A stretch of DNA of 64,000 nucleotides, taken from assembly GCA_019247515.1 (NCBI GenBank), contig JAFAOS010000159.1, forward strand, positions 6,617 through 70,616, written 5' to 3'. Each line of letters begins with the position of its first letter. The stretch's first letter is position 1. The notes below the pieces were generated by a model that worked only from the letters and a program-made list of their open reading frames with translations, made no database searches and was not told the origin of the DNA. Below are positions 45,290 to 56,087 of the stretch, in pieces. This stretch comes from Chloroflexota bacterium. GTDB lineage: Bacteria; Chloroflexota; UBA6077; CF-72. The position numbers were made by a program, and so were the translations under genes.

Positions 45290-46892
45290 ACTTCCCGCCT
45301 GGCGCGCCCTGGCCGCGCACCACGCCCGCCTGCGCGACGTCCACCTGCGCCAGCTGTTCGCCGACGAGCCGCAACGCGCCGAGCGCTTCTCGGTCGACGC
45401 CCTCGACCTTCACTTCGACTACTCCAAGCACCGCGTGACCAGCGAAACCATCACCCTCCTGCTGCAGCTGGCCCAGGAGTGCGGACTGCGCGAGCGCACC
45501 GAGGCCATGTTCACCGGCCAGCGCATCAATGTGACCGAGAACCGCGCGGTCCTGCACGTCGCTCTGCGCGCCCCCCGCGACACCACACTGTTCCTCGATG
45601 GTCACGACGTGGTTCCCGACGTCCACGCCGTCCTGGATCACATGGCCGAGTTCTCGAACCGCGTGCGGTCAGGCGCGTGGACGGGCTACTCTGGCCAACC
45701 GATCCGCAACGTGGTGAACATCGGTATCGGCGGCTCGGACCTGGGCCCGGTGATGGCCTACGAAGCCCTGCGGCCGTACTCGCGCCGCGACATGACGTTC
45801 CGCTTCGTGTCCAACGTCGACGGCACCGACTTCGCCGAAGCCACCCGCGACCTGGACCCGGCTCAAACGCTGTTCATCGTCTCCTCGAAGACGTTCACCA
45901 CCCTCGAGACGATGACCAACGCCCACACCGCTCGCGACTGGCTGCTGCGTGCTTCGGGCAGTGAAGCCGCCGTCGAAAAACACTTCGTCGCGGTGTCGAC
46001 GAATGCCGCCGAAGTGACCCGCTTCGGCATCAATACCGACAACATGTTCGAGTTCTGGGACTGGGTGGGCGGCCGCTATTCGATGGACTCGGCAATCGGC
46101 CTGTCGACAATGCTGGCGATCGGTCCCGACAACTTCGGCGACATGCTCAGCGGCTTCCATCAGATGGACGTGCACTTCCGCGGCGCGGCGTGGGAGTGCA
46201 ACCTGCCGGTGCTCATGGGTCTGCTGGCGGTCTGGTACACGAACTTCTTTGGCGCGGAGACGGTCGCGGTCGTGCCCTACGACCAGTACCTCAAGCGCTT
46301 TCCGGCGTACCTGCAACAGCTCACGATGGAAAGCAACGGCAAGTCCGTCACGCTCGATGGCAAGCGTGTCACGAGCGACACCGGCCAGGTCTACTGGGGC
46401 GAACCAGGCACCAACGGTCAGCACTCCTTCTTTCAGCTGCTACACCAGGGCACGCGCCTGGTTCCGTGTGACTTCATCGCCTTTCGGCAGTCCCACAATC
46501 CCCTCGGCAACCACCAGGTCCTGTTGCTGGCGAGCGTGTTCGCGCAGGCCGAGGCGCTCGCGTTTGGCAAGACCGCCGAGCAGGTGAAAGCCGAGGGCAC
46601 GCCAGACTGGCTGGTGCCGCATCGCACCTTCGAAGGCAACCGACCATCGACGCTGATCTTTGGCGAGCGGCTCACGCCCGAGACGCTGGGCAAGCTCGTG
46701 GCCCTGTACGAGCACAGCGTGTTCACCCAGGGAGTCATCTGGAATATCGATTCGTTCGACCAGTGGGGCGTCGAGCTCGGCAAGGAGCTGGCCGCGCGCA
46801 TCGTGCCCGAGCTCGAGGGCGACGGCCCGCTACACCACGACAGCTCGACGAACGCGCTGATACAGAGGTTCAGGGCAGCCAGAAGTCAGTAA
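45273..46892 (+). CDS. pgi: Glucose-6-phosphate isomerase
   Basis: 539 aa with [61 protein letters not shown] and [19 protein letters not shown]. Confidence 0.93.
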   Translation: MAAVTELPAWRALAAHHARLRDVHLRQLFADEPQRAERFSVDALDLHFDYSKHRVTSETITLLLQLAQECGLRERTEAMFTGQRINVTENRAVLHVALRAPRDTTLFLDGHDVVPDVHAVLDHMAEFSNRVRSGAWTGYSGQPIRNVVNIGIGGSDLGPVMAYEALRPYSRRDMTFRFVSNVDGTDFAEATRDLDPAQTLFIVSSKTFTTLETMTNAHTARDWLLRASGSEAAVEKHFVAVSTNAAEVTRFGINTDNMFEFWDWVGGRYSMDSAIGLSTMLAIGPDNFGDMLSGFHQMDVHFRGAAWECNLPVLMGLLAVWYTNFFGAETVAVVPYDQYLKRFPAYLQQLTMESNGKSVTLDGKRVTSDTGQVYWGEPGTNGQHSFFQLLHQGTRLVPCDFIAFRQSHNPLGNHQVLLLASVFAQAEALAFGKTAEQVKAEGTPDWLVPHRTFEGNRPSTLIFGERLTPETLGKLVALYEHSVFTQGVIWNIDSFDQWGVELGKELAARIVPELEGDGPLHHDSSTNALIQRFRAARSQ

Positions 46893-46898
46893 AGGCCG

Positions 46899-48572
46899 TC
46901 ACGCGGGCACGCGCTCTCGGGCGGCCTCCTGAATCACCTGCGTCGCCACCGGATAGACCGGGTCCTCGCTGGTGATCATCTCCAGCACCGCGGGCTGGCC
47001 ACTGCGCGTCGCGGCGATCGCGCGCTCCATCGCGCCGCGCACGTCCTCCGCCCGCTCGACCCGCTCCGCGCGCGCTCCCAGACCTTCCGCGACGCGCGCG
47101 TAGTTGCCGGACAATCGGTTGCTGCGGAACTGTTCGCTGGCGCTCGGCATGTGGTGCCCGTAGCCGCCCATCACCGAGTTGTTCAGAATGACGGTCATGA
47201 TCGGCAGTCGCTCGCGAACGGCCGTCTCGACCTCCATGCCGACGGTGCCAAACGCCAGGTCGCCCATCACGTTGACCACCGTCTTGTCGGGAAATGCCAG
47301 CTTGGCCCCGAGGGCGATGCCCAGCCCGGTCCCGAGCTGGGTCGACTTGCCCCAGCCGATATAGCCGCGCGGCGTGGTCGCCTCGTAGGTCGTCAGCGTC
47401 TGATCACGCGGATTGCCCGAGTCGTGGGTGACCACCGACGCCGACTTGTCCAGCACGCGGTTCAGCTCGGCGATGACGCGGTACGGGTTGATGGGCGCCT
47501 CGGCTGACTCCAGTCGAGACTGCCATTCGCGCATCGTGGCGTCCCGCGCCTGCTGGATTTCCGCCGCGACCGCGCCATTGCGCGACGAGCCGCCACCCTG
47601 ACGCCGCACCTCTTCGACGAGCTGGCGCAGCACGAGTCGGGCATCGCCGACGACCGCCTGGTCGACCAGGTAATCGCGGTCGATGTCGCGACCGTCCACG
47701 GTGACCTGGACCATCTTCTTGCCCGCCGGAATGGGCGACGAGAACCCGCCCCGCGCGAAGCTGCAGCCGACGCCAAACACCAGGTCCGACCTGACCAGGA
47801 ACTGGGCCGCCGCGCGCGTGATCGTGTGACCGCCGGTGCCGAGTGACAGCGGGTGGTTTTCGGGAAACACGCTCTTGGCGGCCATGGTCGTCATGACTGG
47901 CACGGACAGCAGCTCGGCCAACTCGCGCAGCTCGTCCCACGCCTGCGCCCACAGCACGCCGTGTCCGACGTGCAGTACGGGTCGCTGCGCGTCCATCAGC
48001 ATGCGCGCCGCCGCCGCCACGTCGTCCGGGTCGCCCGCGGACCGGTAGCCGCGAGCCGGCGAGTACGAGAATGTCGCGTCGTCAACCTGGCCACCCGAGA
48101 CGTCCGCCGGCAGCTCGAGCAGGACCGGCCCGGGCTTGCCGTTGCGCAACTGGGCGAAAGCGCGGCGCGAAAGCTCGGCCATGCGTTCGGGCATGTTGAT
48201 GCGGCCGGCCCACTTGGTGACGTTGCGGTAGACGGGCAGCGGATCGAAATTCGGCGGCTCACCCGTGCGCCGCTGGTCGCCGCCGCCCGGAATCATGAGC
48301 AGCGGCACGCCGTCCGAGTACGCCTGCGCGAAGGCCCCGAACGCGTTTTCGATGCCGGGTCCGGCCTGGACGACGATGACGGTCGGCTTCTGCGCGTTGT
48401 TCGCGCGAGCGTACCCGTCGGCCATATTGATCAGCGTTTTCTCACCACGCGCGATCATCGGCCGGATGCCAACCTTCGCGGCGGCGTCGATCAAGGCGTG
48501 GTTCGGATACGCGAACAGCACCTCGACACCTTCGAGTTTCAGAATCCGCGCCAGTGCGTCCGCGCCTCGCAT
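46899..48572 (-). CDS. Thiamine-pyrophosphate-dependent enzyme (acetolactate synthase large-subunit-like family)
   Basis: 557 aa from ATG 48572. MRGADALARILKLEGVEVLFAYPN and the TPP-binding motif GDLAFGTVGMEVETAVRERLPIMTVILNNS. Confidence 0.8.
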   Translation of the reverse strand: MRGADALARILKLEGVEVLFAYPNHALIDAAAKVGIRPMIARGEKTLINMADGYARANNAQKPTVIVVQAGPGIENAFGAFAQAYSDGVPLLMIPGGGDQRRTGEPPNFDPLPVYRNVTKWAGRINMPERMAELSRRAFAQLRNGKPGPVLLELPADVSGGQVDDATFSYSPARGYRSAGDPDDVAAAARMLMDAQRPVLHVGHGVLWAQAWDELRELAELLSVPVMTTMAAKSVFPENHPLSLGTGGHTITRAAAQFLVRSDLVFGVGCSFARGGFSSPIPAGKKMVQVTVDGRDIDRDYLVDQAVVGDARLVLRQLVEEVRRQGGGSSRNGAVAAEIQQARDATMREWQSRLESAEAPINPYRVIAELNRVLDKSASVVTHDSGNPRDQTLTTYEATTPRGYIGWGKSTQLGTGLGIALGAKLAFPDKTVVNVMGDLAFGTVGMEVETAVRERLPIMTVILNNSVMGGYGHHMPSASEQFRSNRLSGNYARVAEGLGARAERVERAEDVRGAMERAIAATRSGQPAVLEMITSEDPVYPVATQVIQEAARERVPA

Positions 48573-48651
48573 CGTTCGTGACCTCCTCAGGCTGTGTGGA
48601 GCCAGCATACGCCGGCCGCGCCGTCTGCCCACTGCGGTAATCTAGCGGCCG

Positions 48652-50706
48652 TTGAAGCGTATCGATCTCGTCAAGATTTCGACCCTCGTGGCGGTCAGTC
48701 TCGTGGTCCTGGTGGTCGCCGGCTACATCGGCTTCGAGGCGTCCAGCTGGAATCGCGTGAAACCCGGCGTGACTGCCCTCGACGTCAACGTGGGCGGCCT
48801 CACTCTGGACCAGGCGCAGGCCCAGCTCGCGCCGCGGGCCCTGGCGATCCTCGACCAGCCAGTCCAGGTTCAGCTGGATCAATCCACCTGGACGACCAGC
48901 GCGCGCCAGCTCGGCGTGCGCCTGGACCCGGACGACCTGGCGGCTGCCGCGTACGCGATCGGTCGCAATGGCGCGCCCCTGGGCCAGCTTCAGGCGCAGG
49001 TCACCGCGCTGCGGACCGGCGTCGCCGTCCCGGTCATTGGCCAGGCTGACGGGTCCGAGGTCGACGCCCTGGTCCAGCAAATCGCCCAGCAGGTCGATCG
49101 GCCGGCCCGTTCCGCCCAGTTGTCGATCGCCGACGACGGGAGCCTGACGTTCGTCACTTCCGAGCCCGGCGTGCGGCTGGATCGGGCCGCATCGCGAGCC
49201 GCGATCGCCCAGGCGCTGACCAACGGCGATCCGCGCGTCACGCTGACGGCGAGCTCCGTCGAGCCCGACGTGTCGACCGACCAGGTCACCGCGGCCCACG
49301 ATCAGCTCCAGCGCATCCTGTCCGAGCCCGTTCAGCTGACCGCCGCCGATTACTCGCGGACGCTCAACGCCGCCGACATCCTTCCGCTGGTGTCTCTGAC
49401 GAACGGGACGCCCGGTCAGCCCGCGAGCGTCAGTCTGAATACCGACGCGCTCCAACCCCTGCTCGACGACGCGGCCAAATCCGTCAATCAACCCGCCAGC
49501 AATGCCCGCTTTGCCTGGGACGGGGCGCATCTCAGCGTGCTGCGCGAGAGCCAGCAAGGCCGCGCCCTCGACCAGGACAGCGCGCGCAACGTCCTGAGCA
49601 CGCGGCTGCTCGCCGGAGCGCATGCCATCGACCTGCCGGTGACTACGACCGCGCCGGCGGTCAACTCGGCGGACGCAGCCCAGCTGGGCATCCACGAGCT
49701 CGTCGAGTCGAGCAGCACGTCGTTCGCCGGCTCGGTGCCCGAGAAGGCCTACAACATCAAACTGGCCGCTCAGCGCCTGAACGGGGTGGTCGTCCCGCCC
49801 GGGGGCACGTTCTCGTTCAACGACGAGGTCGGCCCGACCACACTGGAAGCCGGCTTCCAGTGGGGCTTCGGCCTGACGACCGGCTCGAACGGCACGGCGC
49901 ACACCGTGCCGAGCGTGGCCGGCGGCATCTGTCAGGTGGCCACCACGCTGTTTCAACCCGTGTTCTGGGCCGGGTATCAGGTCGAGGAACGCTACCCGCA
50001 CCTCTACTGGATCCCCGCGTACACCTCGCGGAACGTCGTCGGACTGGATACGACCGTGGACGCGGACTCCGGGCTCGACTTCAAATGGATCAACCCGACC
50101 AGGGACTACATCCTGATTCAGTCCTCGACGACCGCCGACAAGGTGACGTTCTCGCTCTACGGCACCAAGCCGAATTGGAAGGTCCAGGTTGACCCGCCCC
50201 AGATCACCAATCGCATCGCGCCCAGCACCACGCCAGACGTCGAGCCAGAACCGGACCTGCCCTGGGGCCGTATCGTGCCCGTCGAGACCGCGCGTGACGG
50301 TTTTCAGGTGATCATCACCCGCCACGTCATCCCGTCGGACGGCTCGCCCGAGCGCGATCTGCCGCTCAAGAGCATTTACCAGCCCGGGCGGAATGTGACG
50401 CTGGTCGGCTCGGGGAATGCTCCCAACCCCAGCGTGGTCAGCAGTGCGGTCAATCGCGTCCTGGCCGGCATGCAGCCCGCGTCCGCGCCGGTCGCCTCCG
50501 CACCGGCGCCTGCACCGGCCACGGCGCCTGCCGCCGTCGCGCCCGCGCCGGCTCCGGCTGCCCCGAGCAGCTTCACGACCGCCAACGGTCAGCGCACGCT
50601 GGCGCAGATCCGTGACGAATTGCGCAACGCGGGTTGGGGTGGCGGCTCAGACCAGGACGCCGTCGCCACGTATCGCCACCTGGCCGACGCCGCTACCGGT
50701 CACTGA
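48652..50706 (+). CDS. VanW-family cell-wall protein with N-terminal TM anchor and Pro/Ala-rich C-terminus
   Basis: TTG start and TM helix ISTLVAVSLVVLVVAGYI. VanW core: NIKLAAQRLNGVVVPPGGTFSFNDEVGP...GGICQVATTLFQ. Confidence 0.8.
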   Translation: MKRIDLVKISTLVAVSLVVLVVAGYIGFEASSWNRVKPGVTALDVNVGGLTLDQAQAQLAPRALAILDQPVQVQLDQSTWTTSARQLGVRLDPDDLAAAAYAIGRNGAPLGQLQAQVTALRTGVAVPVIGQADGSEVDALVQQIAQQVDRPARSAQLSIADDGSLTFVTSEPGVRLDRAASRAAIAQALTNGDPRVTLTASSVEPDVSTDQVTAAHDQLQRILSEPVQLTAADYSRTLNAADILPLVSLTNGTPGQPASVSLNTDALQPLLDDAAKSVNQPASNARFAWDGAHLSVLRESQQGRALDQDSARNVLSTRLLAGAHAIDLPVTTTAPAVNSADAAQLGIHELVESSSTSFAGSVPEKAYNIKLAAQRLNGVVVPPGGTFSFNDEVGPTTLEAGFQWGFGLTTGSNGTAHTVPSVAGGICQVATTLFQPVFWAGYQVEERYPHLYWIPAYTSRNVVGLDTTVDADSGLDFKWINPTRDYILIQSSTTADKVTFSLYGTKPNWKVQVDPPQITNRIAPSTTPDVEPEPDLPWGRIVPVETARDGFQVIITRHVIPSDGSPERDLPLKSIYQPGRNVTLVGSGNAPNPSVVSSAVNRVLAGMQPASAPVASAPAPAPATAPAAVAPAPAPAAPSSFTTANGQRTLAQIRDELRNAGWGGGSDQDAVATYRHLADAATGH

Positions 50707-51185
50707 GGCGGGGGAATCTGCAGCCTGGTCCCGGCGACGAGCGCGTCCGGGTTCGGCCCGATCGTGTCCCGATTGGCCTGGTAGATTCGCTGCCACTGCT
50801 CCGCGTCGCCGTACTCGTCCAGGGCAATGCTGCGCAGCGTGTCGCCCGGTTGGACGACGTACTCGCTTGCCCCGACCTGGGCTGAGGCGGTCGCGCTCGC
50901 GACGACGCTCGACGGCGCTGCCGACGGCGACGCGACGGCACTGGCCGCGGCGCCAGGGGCTGGCGTGGGCACGACGATCGCCGGGCGACCGTTGGCGCCG
51001 TTCTGTGAAGCCAGCGGTCCGCCCTGGCGACTACCGAGTGACAGGCCAATGGCAACACCGACAATCGCCACGACGACCACGACGATCGCCGCCAGGAGCC
51101 AGAAGCGACTCCTGCCCGCCGCGGGTTGCCCCGGTGACGCCCCGTTGGCCACATCCGAGTCTAGTGGACTGACCAGGGAAGGCAT
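50700..51185 (-). CDS. Membrane-anchored LysM-domain protein
   Basis: TM helix FWLLAAIVVVVVAIVGVAIGL. The C-terminal LysM is YVVQPGDTLRSIALDEYGDAEQWQRIYQANRDTIGPNPDALVAGTRLQIP. ATG 51185 is chosen as the start. Confidence 0.8.
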   Translation of the reverse strand: MPSLVSPLDSDVANGASPGQPAAGRSRFWLLAAIVVVVVAIVGVAIGLSLGSRQGGPLASQNGANGRPAIVVPTPAPGAAASAVASPSAAPSSVVASATASAQVGASEYVVQPGDTLRSIALDEYGDAEQWQRIYQANRDTIGPNPDALVAGTRLQIPPPQ

Positions 51186-51415
51186 GTACGTTGCCGTGTC
51201 ACGCGCATGCCACACAGCGCGACACATCAGATTCGTTGTCGCCCACAGGGGTCCCCCACGCCAATGTTCGTCGACACCTCTTGTGACGACCCACTGGGGG
51301 GAACAGTTTCATCGCCGCTGGCGGGTGGCGTGACCGACGTAGTCCTCTGGGGAGCAGTCGATCGTCCCCGACTCCCCGTCGCCCCGTATGGGTCCCCTCT
51401 GGGGAAAATCGTTTT

Positions 51416-52426
51416 TTACAGCCTTGGCTGCACCAGCACCGACACGAGGTCGCCCGGGTGCCGCAGACGCACGAACGCCTCGGGACCCTCCGCCAGGGAC
51501 ACGCGCTCGGTAATCAGCGGCTCTACGTCCACCTTGCCCGTGGCGATCAGCTCCAGCGATTGCGCGTAGTCACGATTGCCAAACGCGCACGCGCCCACCA
51601 TGTGGTGGCCTCGGTTGACCACCAGGTGCGCGTCCACGAGAACCGGCTCCCGCGGCATCGCAACCAGCACGATGGTCCCGGCGCCGCGCACCGCGCGACC
51701 CAGCACCATCAGCGCCTGCGCGTCCGCCGAGCACTCGTAGGCTTGCGCCACCTCGATGCCGTGCTCGGCAACGTACGCGGCCACGTCCGTCTCCCGACTA
51801 TCAAGGACCACGTCGGCTCCAACCTTGCCAGCCGCGACCCTGCGGCCAACCGAGGAGCGTCCCACCGCGATGATGTTGCCCGCTCCCAGCGCGCGCAGCC
51901 CCTGGATCACGTGCAACCCGATCGGTCCCACCCCGAAGACGATGGCGTTGAGGCCAGCCGGCGAGCCCGCCTCACGAATCGCGCGCAGCCCGACTGCCAG
52001 CGGCTCGACACAGGCGCCGTGCTCCAGCGGCGTACCCTCCGGCAGCGCAAACAACTGTGAGTGGTGCGCCGCGACGTACTCGGCGAAGCCGCCCGGCGCT
52101 CCCAGCCCCAGGTTCGGCCGATTTGTGCAGCGGATGAGCATCTCGCGCTGGCACCACTCGCACTCCCCGCACCCTCCGAGTGGATTCACCGCCACCGTCT
52201 GGCCCGTGCGCCAGCCGCTGACCTCGCGACCCACCTCGACGACGGTGCCCGAAAACTCGTGTCCAGGAATGCCGTAACTGCGACCGGTGTTGGCCTCCGC
52301 CGAATGGACATCCGAGCCGCAAATCCCGCAGGAATGCACGGCGACCACCACATCCCGCGGACCTGCCACTGGATCTGGTTGTTCGGCAACCTGGACTCCG
52401 CCTGGAACGCGGACCAGCGCCTTCAC
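51416..52426 (-). CDS. Zn-dependent medium-chain alcohol dehydrogenase (butanediol/threonine/sorbitol DH-like)
   Basis: CGICGSDVH, GHEFSGTVVEVG, GGCGECEWC and the GVGPIGL Rossmann motif. The GTG start overlaps the E2 stop (GTGA). Confidence 0.85.
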   Translation of the reverse strand: MKALVRVPGGVQVAEQPDPVAGPRDVVVAVHSCGICGSDVHSAEANTGRSYGIPGHEFSGTVVEVGREVSGWRTGQTVAVNPLGGCGECEWCQREMLIRCTNRPNLGLGAPGGFAEYVAAHHSQLFALPEGTPLEHGACVEPLAVGLRAIREAGSPAGLNAIVFGVGPIGLHVIQGLRALGAGNIIAVGRSSVGRRVAAGKVGADVVLDSRETDVAAYVAEHGIEVAQAYECSADAQALMVLGRAVRGAGTIVLVAMPREPVLVDAHLVVNRGHHMVGACAFGNRDYAQSLELIATGKVDVEPLITERVSLAEGPEAFVRLRHPGDLVSVLVQPRL

Positions 52427-53526
52427 CGGATGGATTGGACCACCAGCGCCGCCGGTAGCTCCAGGAAGCGTTTGACCGATTGCAGGAAGCGCGCGGCCGG
52501 CGCACCGTCGACCGCCTGGTGATCGAACGACAGATTCAGGTACATCGCCTGGCGCTCCACCACCGTGGAATTCTGCAGCGTCAGCTTGTTGAAGACGCGC
52601 CCGATGCCCAGAATCGCCACCTGAGGCGGATTCAGGATCGGTGTGAAGAAGTCCACGCCCAGCGGACCGAGCGACGTGACCGTGAACGTGCCACCCCGCA
52701 GTTCATCGGCGTGCGCCGCGTTGCTGCGCGCCCGTGCGGCCGCTTGGCGAGTCCGGGTCGCCAGCGTGAGCAGGTCGAGGAGATGCGCGTCCTTTATGAC
52801 TGGCACGATCAGGCCCTCATCCGCGTCCACGGCGATACCGACGTGGATCTCCGGGTGGACCTCGAGGCGGGCGCCTTCGAGCGTGGCATTCAGCGCCGGG
52901 TGCTCCTGCAGCGCCAGTACGGCGGCGCGCACCACCAGGTCGGTTATCGTCGGGCGGCGGTCCTCTGCCGCCAGCTGCTTCAGTTGCTCGCGCAAGCGCA
53001 GCGCTTCGGTCATGTCGACTTCCATCGACACGGTCAACTGGGCCGTTTGCGCCAGGCTGGCGCGCATCCGATCGGCGATTACCTTGCGCCGGCCGCCGAT
53101 TGGCGCCGCGCGGTCCGGCCGAGCGTGGGCCAGGACGTCCGCTTCGCGCAGTCGCCGGCCGTCGGCGATGCGGCGCAGGTCGATGCCCAGCTTGCGCGCC
53201 AGCGCCCGCGCCGCCGGCGTGGCGCGCACCTCGAACTCTCCCATCGCCGACGCCTCGACGGCGACTCGCTCCCGCGGCGCGACCGCGGTATCCGCACCGA
53301 CTCCGATCAGTCGCCCGACGACCGCGCCCACCGGCACGGTCTCGCCCTCGGCTACCACCCGCTCGAGCGTGCCGCTCTCGGGCGCATCCACCGTCAGGTT
53401 TACCTTATCCGTCTCGATCTGATACAGCGGCTCGCCCTCGCGGACCTGCGCGCCGTCGGCCTGGAACCACGCCGTGACCGTGCCTTCAGTCATCACGTCG
53501 CCCAGCAGCGGGAGGGTCAGATCCAT
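52423..53526 (-). CDS. 2-oxoacid (acetoin-type) dehydrogenase E2 dihydrolipoamide acyltransferase
   Basis: Lipoyl domain YQIETDKVNLTVDAP, E3/E1-binding segment TPAARALARKLGIDL, and catalytic SFDHQAVDGAPAARFL. Confidence 0.88.
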   Translation of the reverse strand: MDLTLPLLGDVMTEGTVTAWFQADGAQVREGEPLYQIETDKVNLTVDAPESGTLERVVAEGETVPVGAVVGRLIGVGADTAVAPRERVAVEASAMGEFEVRATPAARALARKLGIDLRRIADGRRLREADVLAHARPDRAAPIGGRRKVIADRMRASLAQTAQLTVSMEVDMTEALRLREQLKQLAAEDRRPTITDLVVRAAVLALQEHPALNATLEGARLEVHPEIHVGIAVDADEGLIVPVIKDAHLLDLLTLATRTRQAAARARSNAAHADELRGGTFTVTSLGPLGVDFFTPILNPPQVAILGIGRVFNKLTLQNSTVVERQAMYLNLSFDHQAVDGAPAARFLQSVKRFLELPAALVVQSIR

Positions 53527-53536
53527 CCGCGGCGAC

Positions 53537-54574
53537 TCACTCCCGCAAACACGCCAGCGCCGCCGAGACGACCCGCGCCGCGTCCGGCACGTACGCGGCT
53601 TCCAGCACGCCGCTGAATGGCACCGGGGTGCGCGCGCCGGTGACGGTCTTCACCGGTCCGTCCAGGTAATCGATCCCACGATCGGCCACCAGCGCCGCGA
53701 CCGACGCCGCGACGCCGCAATCGGGCCAGTCCTCGTCGACCACCACCAGGTGTTTGGTCCGTCGCACGGACTCCAACAAGCACTCCTCGTCGATCGGCGC
53801 CAGGCTCAGCAGGTCGATGACCTCGGCATCCACGCCCCGCCGCTCCAGCTCTGCGGCCGCCTCGCGGCAGACATTCGTCATGTTCGAGATGCCGACGAGC
53901 GTCACGTCACGACCGCCGCGCACCGTGCGCGCCTTGCCGATCGGCAGCGTATACGCCTCCTCCGGCACCTCCATTCGAGTTGGGCCGACCTTGCGGTGAC
54001 TGAAGTACACCACCAGGTTGTCGTCGCGGATGGCGGCGGTCAGCAGGCCTTTGGCGGTATACGCGTCCGACGGCGCGACGCACTTCAATCCAGGAATGCG
54101 CGCAAAGATGGCGTACATGCTGCCGGAATGCTGGGCTGCCGCCCCACCCCCATTCAGGGGATTGGTGGCGGTAGCGCCAATCGCGGTTTTGAGCACCATC
54201 GGCACCTGCACCTGACCGCCCAGCATGTAGCGCAAGAACGCGCCCTCATTCATGACCGAATCCAGCGCCACGCCGACGAAATTCACGAACATCAATTCCG
54301 CGATGGGCCGCAATCCGGTGATCGCCGCGCCCACCGCGGCGCCAATGAAACTCATTTCACAGATGGGAGTGTCGATGATGCGCTCCGGACCGAATTGCTG
54401 TATCAAGCCCTTCGTCGCGCCCATCGGACCGCCCCACGCGTCGACGAAACCCAGGTGCGCACGACCGGCGGCTCCGGCGATGTCCTCGCCGAGCATGATG
54501 ACGCTCGGATCGCGCTCCATTTCCTGACGAATCGCTTCGTTCTCCGCCCGGCTGGCGAGCAGCTCGCGGGCCAT
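53537..54574 (-). CDS. 2-oxoacid dehydrogenase E1 component, beta subunit
   Basis: 345 aa. MLGEDIAGAAG...IIDTPICEMSFIGAAVGAA...VVYFSHRK has a transketolase-like pyrimidine-binding pattern. Confidence 0.88.
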   Translation of the reverse strand: MARELLASRAENEAIRQEMERDPSVIMLGEDIAGAAGRAHLGFVDAWGGPMGATKGLIQQFGPERIIDTPICEMSFIGAAVGAAITGLRPIAELMFVNFVGVALDSVMNEGAFLRYMLGGQVQVPMVLKTAIGATATNPLNGGGAAAQHSGSMYAIFARIPGLKCVAPSDAYTAKGLLTAAIRDDNLVVYFSHRKVGPTRMEVPEEAYTLPIGKARTVRGGRDVTLVGISNMTNVCREAAAELERRGVDAEVIDLLSLAPIDEECLLESVRRTKHLVVVDEDWPDCGVAASVAALVADRGIDYLDGPVKTVTGARTPVPFSGVLEAAYVPDAARVVSAALACLRE

Positions 54575-55587
54575 CAGCGTGCGTCCTCCGCGTACACCTC
54601 GGTGGTCAACTCCGAGACCTCCGGCAGCGGACTGGACTCGGCAAACTCCACGGCGTCCGCGATCGACTGCTCCACCTCTCGAGTTGTCGTTCGCAGCTCC
54701 GCTTCGGACAACAGACCTCGCTCCGACACCGCGCGCTCGAAGCGCTCGATGCAGTCGCGACTGCGATAAAAGGCCTCCTCGTCCTGGGTGCGGTAGCGGA
54801 GTGGATCGTCACCCAGAAAGTGCCCGTAGTACCGATAGGTCTTGCACTCCAGGAACGTGGGTCCTTCGCCGGAGCGGGCGCGCTCCACGGCTTCGCCCAT
54901 TCGCTCGTACACGGCGAAGACGTCCTGACCGTCGACCACGAAAGCCGGCACCTCGAACGCCGCGGCGCGTCGCGAAAGGTCGCGCGTGCTGAGCGCGTAT
55001 TCGGCGGAGGTGGACTCGGCGTAGCCGTTGTTTTCGCACACGAAAATCAGCGGCAGCTTCCAGATTGCGGCCATGTTCAGACATTCGTATATCGGACCCT
55101 GGCCCATGGCGCCATCGCCGAAAAATGTCGCCGCCACCTGCCGCGTGCCACGCGTCCTGGCCGAAAGCGCGGCTCCGAGCGCGATCGGCGCGCCGGCTCC
55201 GACAATGCCGGTCGCTCCCAGCATGCCGACGGAGGTGTCGGCAATGTGCATGGAGCCACCTTTGCCGTGGTTGGTTCCGGTCGTGCGGCCGTACAGCTCC
55301 GCCATCATCCGCCCCACGTCGACGCCCTTTGCAATCGCGTGCCCGTGCCCACGGTGCGTGCTGGCCACGTAGTCATCGGAGTTCAGCCGCGCGCACACCC
55401 CCGTCGCCACCGCTTCCTGGCCCACGTACAGGTGCAGGCTGCCCTGGAGTCGGCCCGAGGTGCGCAGCGCGTCGACCTTCTCTTCGAAGGCACGGATCAA
55501 GCGCAGCGTGTGGTACAGCCGCCGCAACAGCGCCGAATCGTCGGGTACCTGCGCCGTCGTCGGCGCGTCTGAAGATATGGCGACCAT
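54574..55587 (-). CDS. 2-oxoacid dehydrogenase E1 component, alpha subunit (TPP-binding)
   Basis: 337 aa from ATG 55587. YRTHGHAIAKG-like STHRGHGHAIAKG and the TPP motif GDGAMGQGPIYECLNMAAIWKLPLIFVCENNGY. The 480-aa track ORF is an extension. Confidence 0.88.
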   Translation of the reverse strand: MVAISSDAPTTAQVPDDSALLRRLYHTLRLIRAFEEKVDALRTSGRLQGSLHLYVGQEAVATGVCARLNSDDYVASTHRGHGHAIAKGVDVGRMMAELYGRTTGTNHGKGGSMHIADTSVGMLGATGIVGAGAPIALGAALSARTRGTRQVAATFFGDGAMGQGPIYECLNMAAIWKLPLIFVCENNGYAESTSAEYALSTRDLSRRAAAFEVPAFVVDGQDVFAVYERMGEAVERARSGEGPTFLECKTYRYYGHFLGDDPLRYRTQDEEAFYRSRDCIERFERAVSERGLLSEAELRTTTREVEQSIADAVEFAESSPLPEVSELTTEVYAEDAR

Positions 55588-55644
55588 CGTGCCTCGCGGC
55601 CTCCTGCTGGCGCGATGGTACCGCCCTATATCCTGTTCCGGCGT

Positions 55645-56049
55645 ATGCCAGACATCGCCGACAATGTCCGCGCGTTTCTCGAAGAGACGCGCTTCGCGGT
55701 CATCGGCAGCACCAATCGCGACGGCTCGCCCCATCTCACGGCGCTGTGGTACGCGCTGCGCGGCGACACCATCATGATGAACACGCGCTCCGACTCGAAG
55801 AAGGTGCGCAACCTGAAGCGCGATGCCCGCGCTTCGGTGTGTGTGGTGGACATCGGCCAGGCGCGCCACGTCACGCTCGAAGGCGCGGTGACTTTCGACG
55901 ACGCGCACGTCACGGAGGACCTGACCACGCTTGCCAGCCGCTACGCGGGCGCTGACGCGGGACCAGGCATTGCCGCGAACATCGCGAAGACGCCGCACGT
56001 CAGCGTGATCCTGCACATCGAGCGGGTCAAAACTTTCGGGAAGGTGTGA
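55645..56049 (+). CDS. PPOX-class (pyridoxamine-5'-phosphate-oxidase-like, probably F420-dependent) small flavoprotein
   Basis: 134 aa from ATG 55645. VRAFLEETRFAVIGSTNRDGSPHLTALWYALRGDTIMMNT...KVRNLKRDARASVCV. Confidence 0.75.
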   Translation: MPDIADNVRAFLEETRFAVIGSTNRDGSPHLTALWYALRGDTIMMNTRSDSKKVRNLKRDARASVCVVDIGQARHVTLEGAVTFDDAHVTEDLTTLASRYAGADAGPGIAANIAKTPHVSVILHIERVKTFGKV

Positions 56050-56087
56050 GTGTCAGACGCGATTCCCCAGTGGGGACCCATAGGCGA

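Noticed and set aside
48442-50325. A 627-aa minus-strand ORF opposite VanW. A 697-aa plus-strand ORF at 60428-62521 opposite CoxL is the same kind of case.
   Set aside because: Both are antisense shadows of genes with clear family motifs and have typical Arg/Gly/Asp/Val-rich composition.
51207-51569. A 120-aa plus-strand ORF across the LysM/ADH gap
   Set aside because: It runs antisense into the ADH gene 3' end, has no motifs and has poor composition. The region is treated as non-coding.
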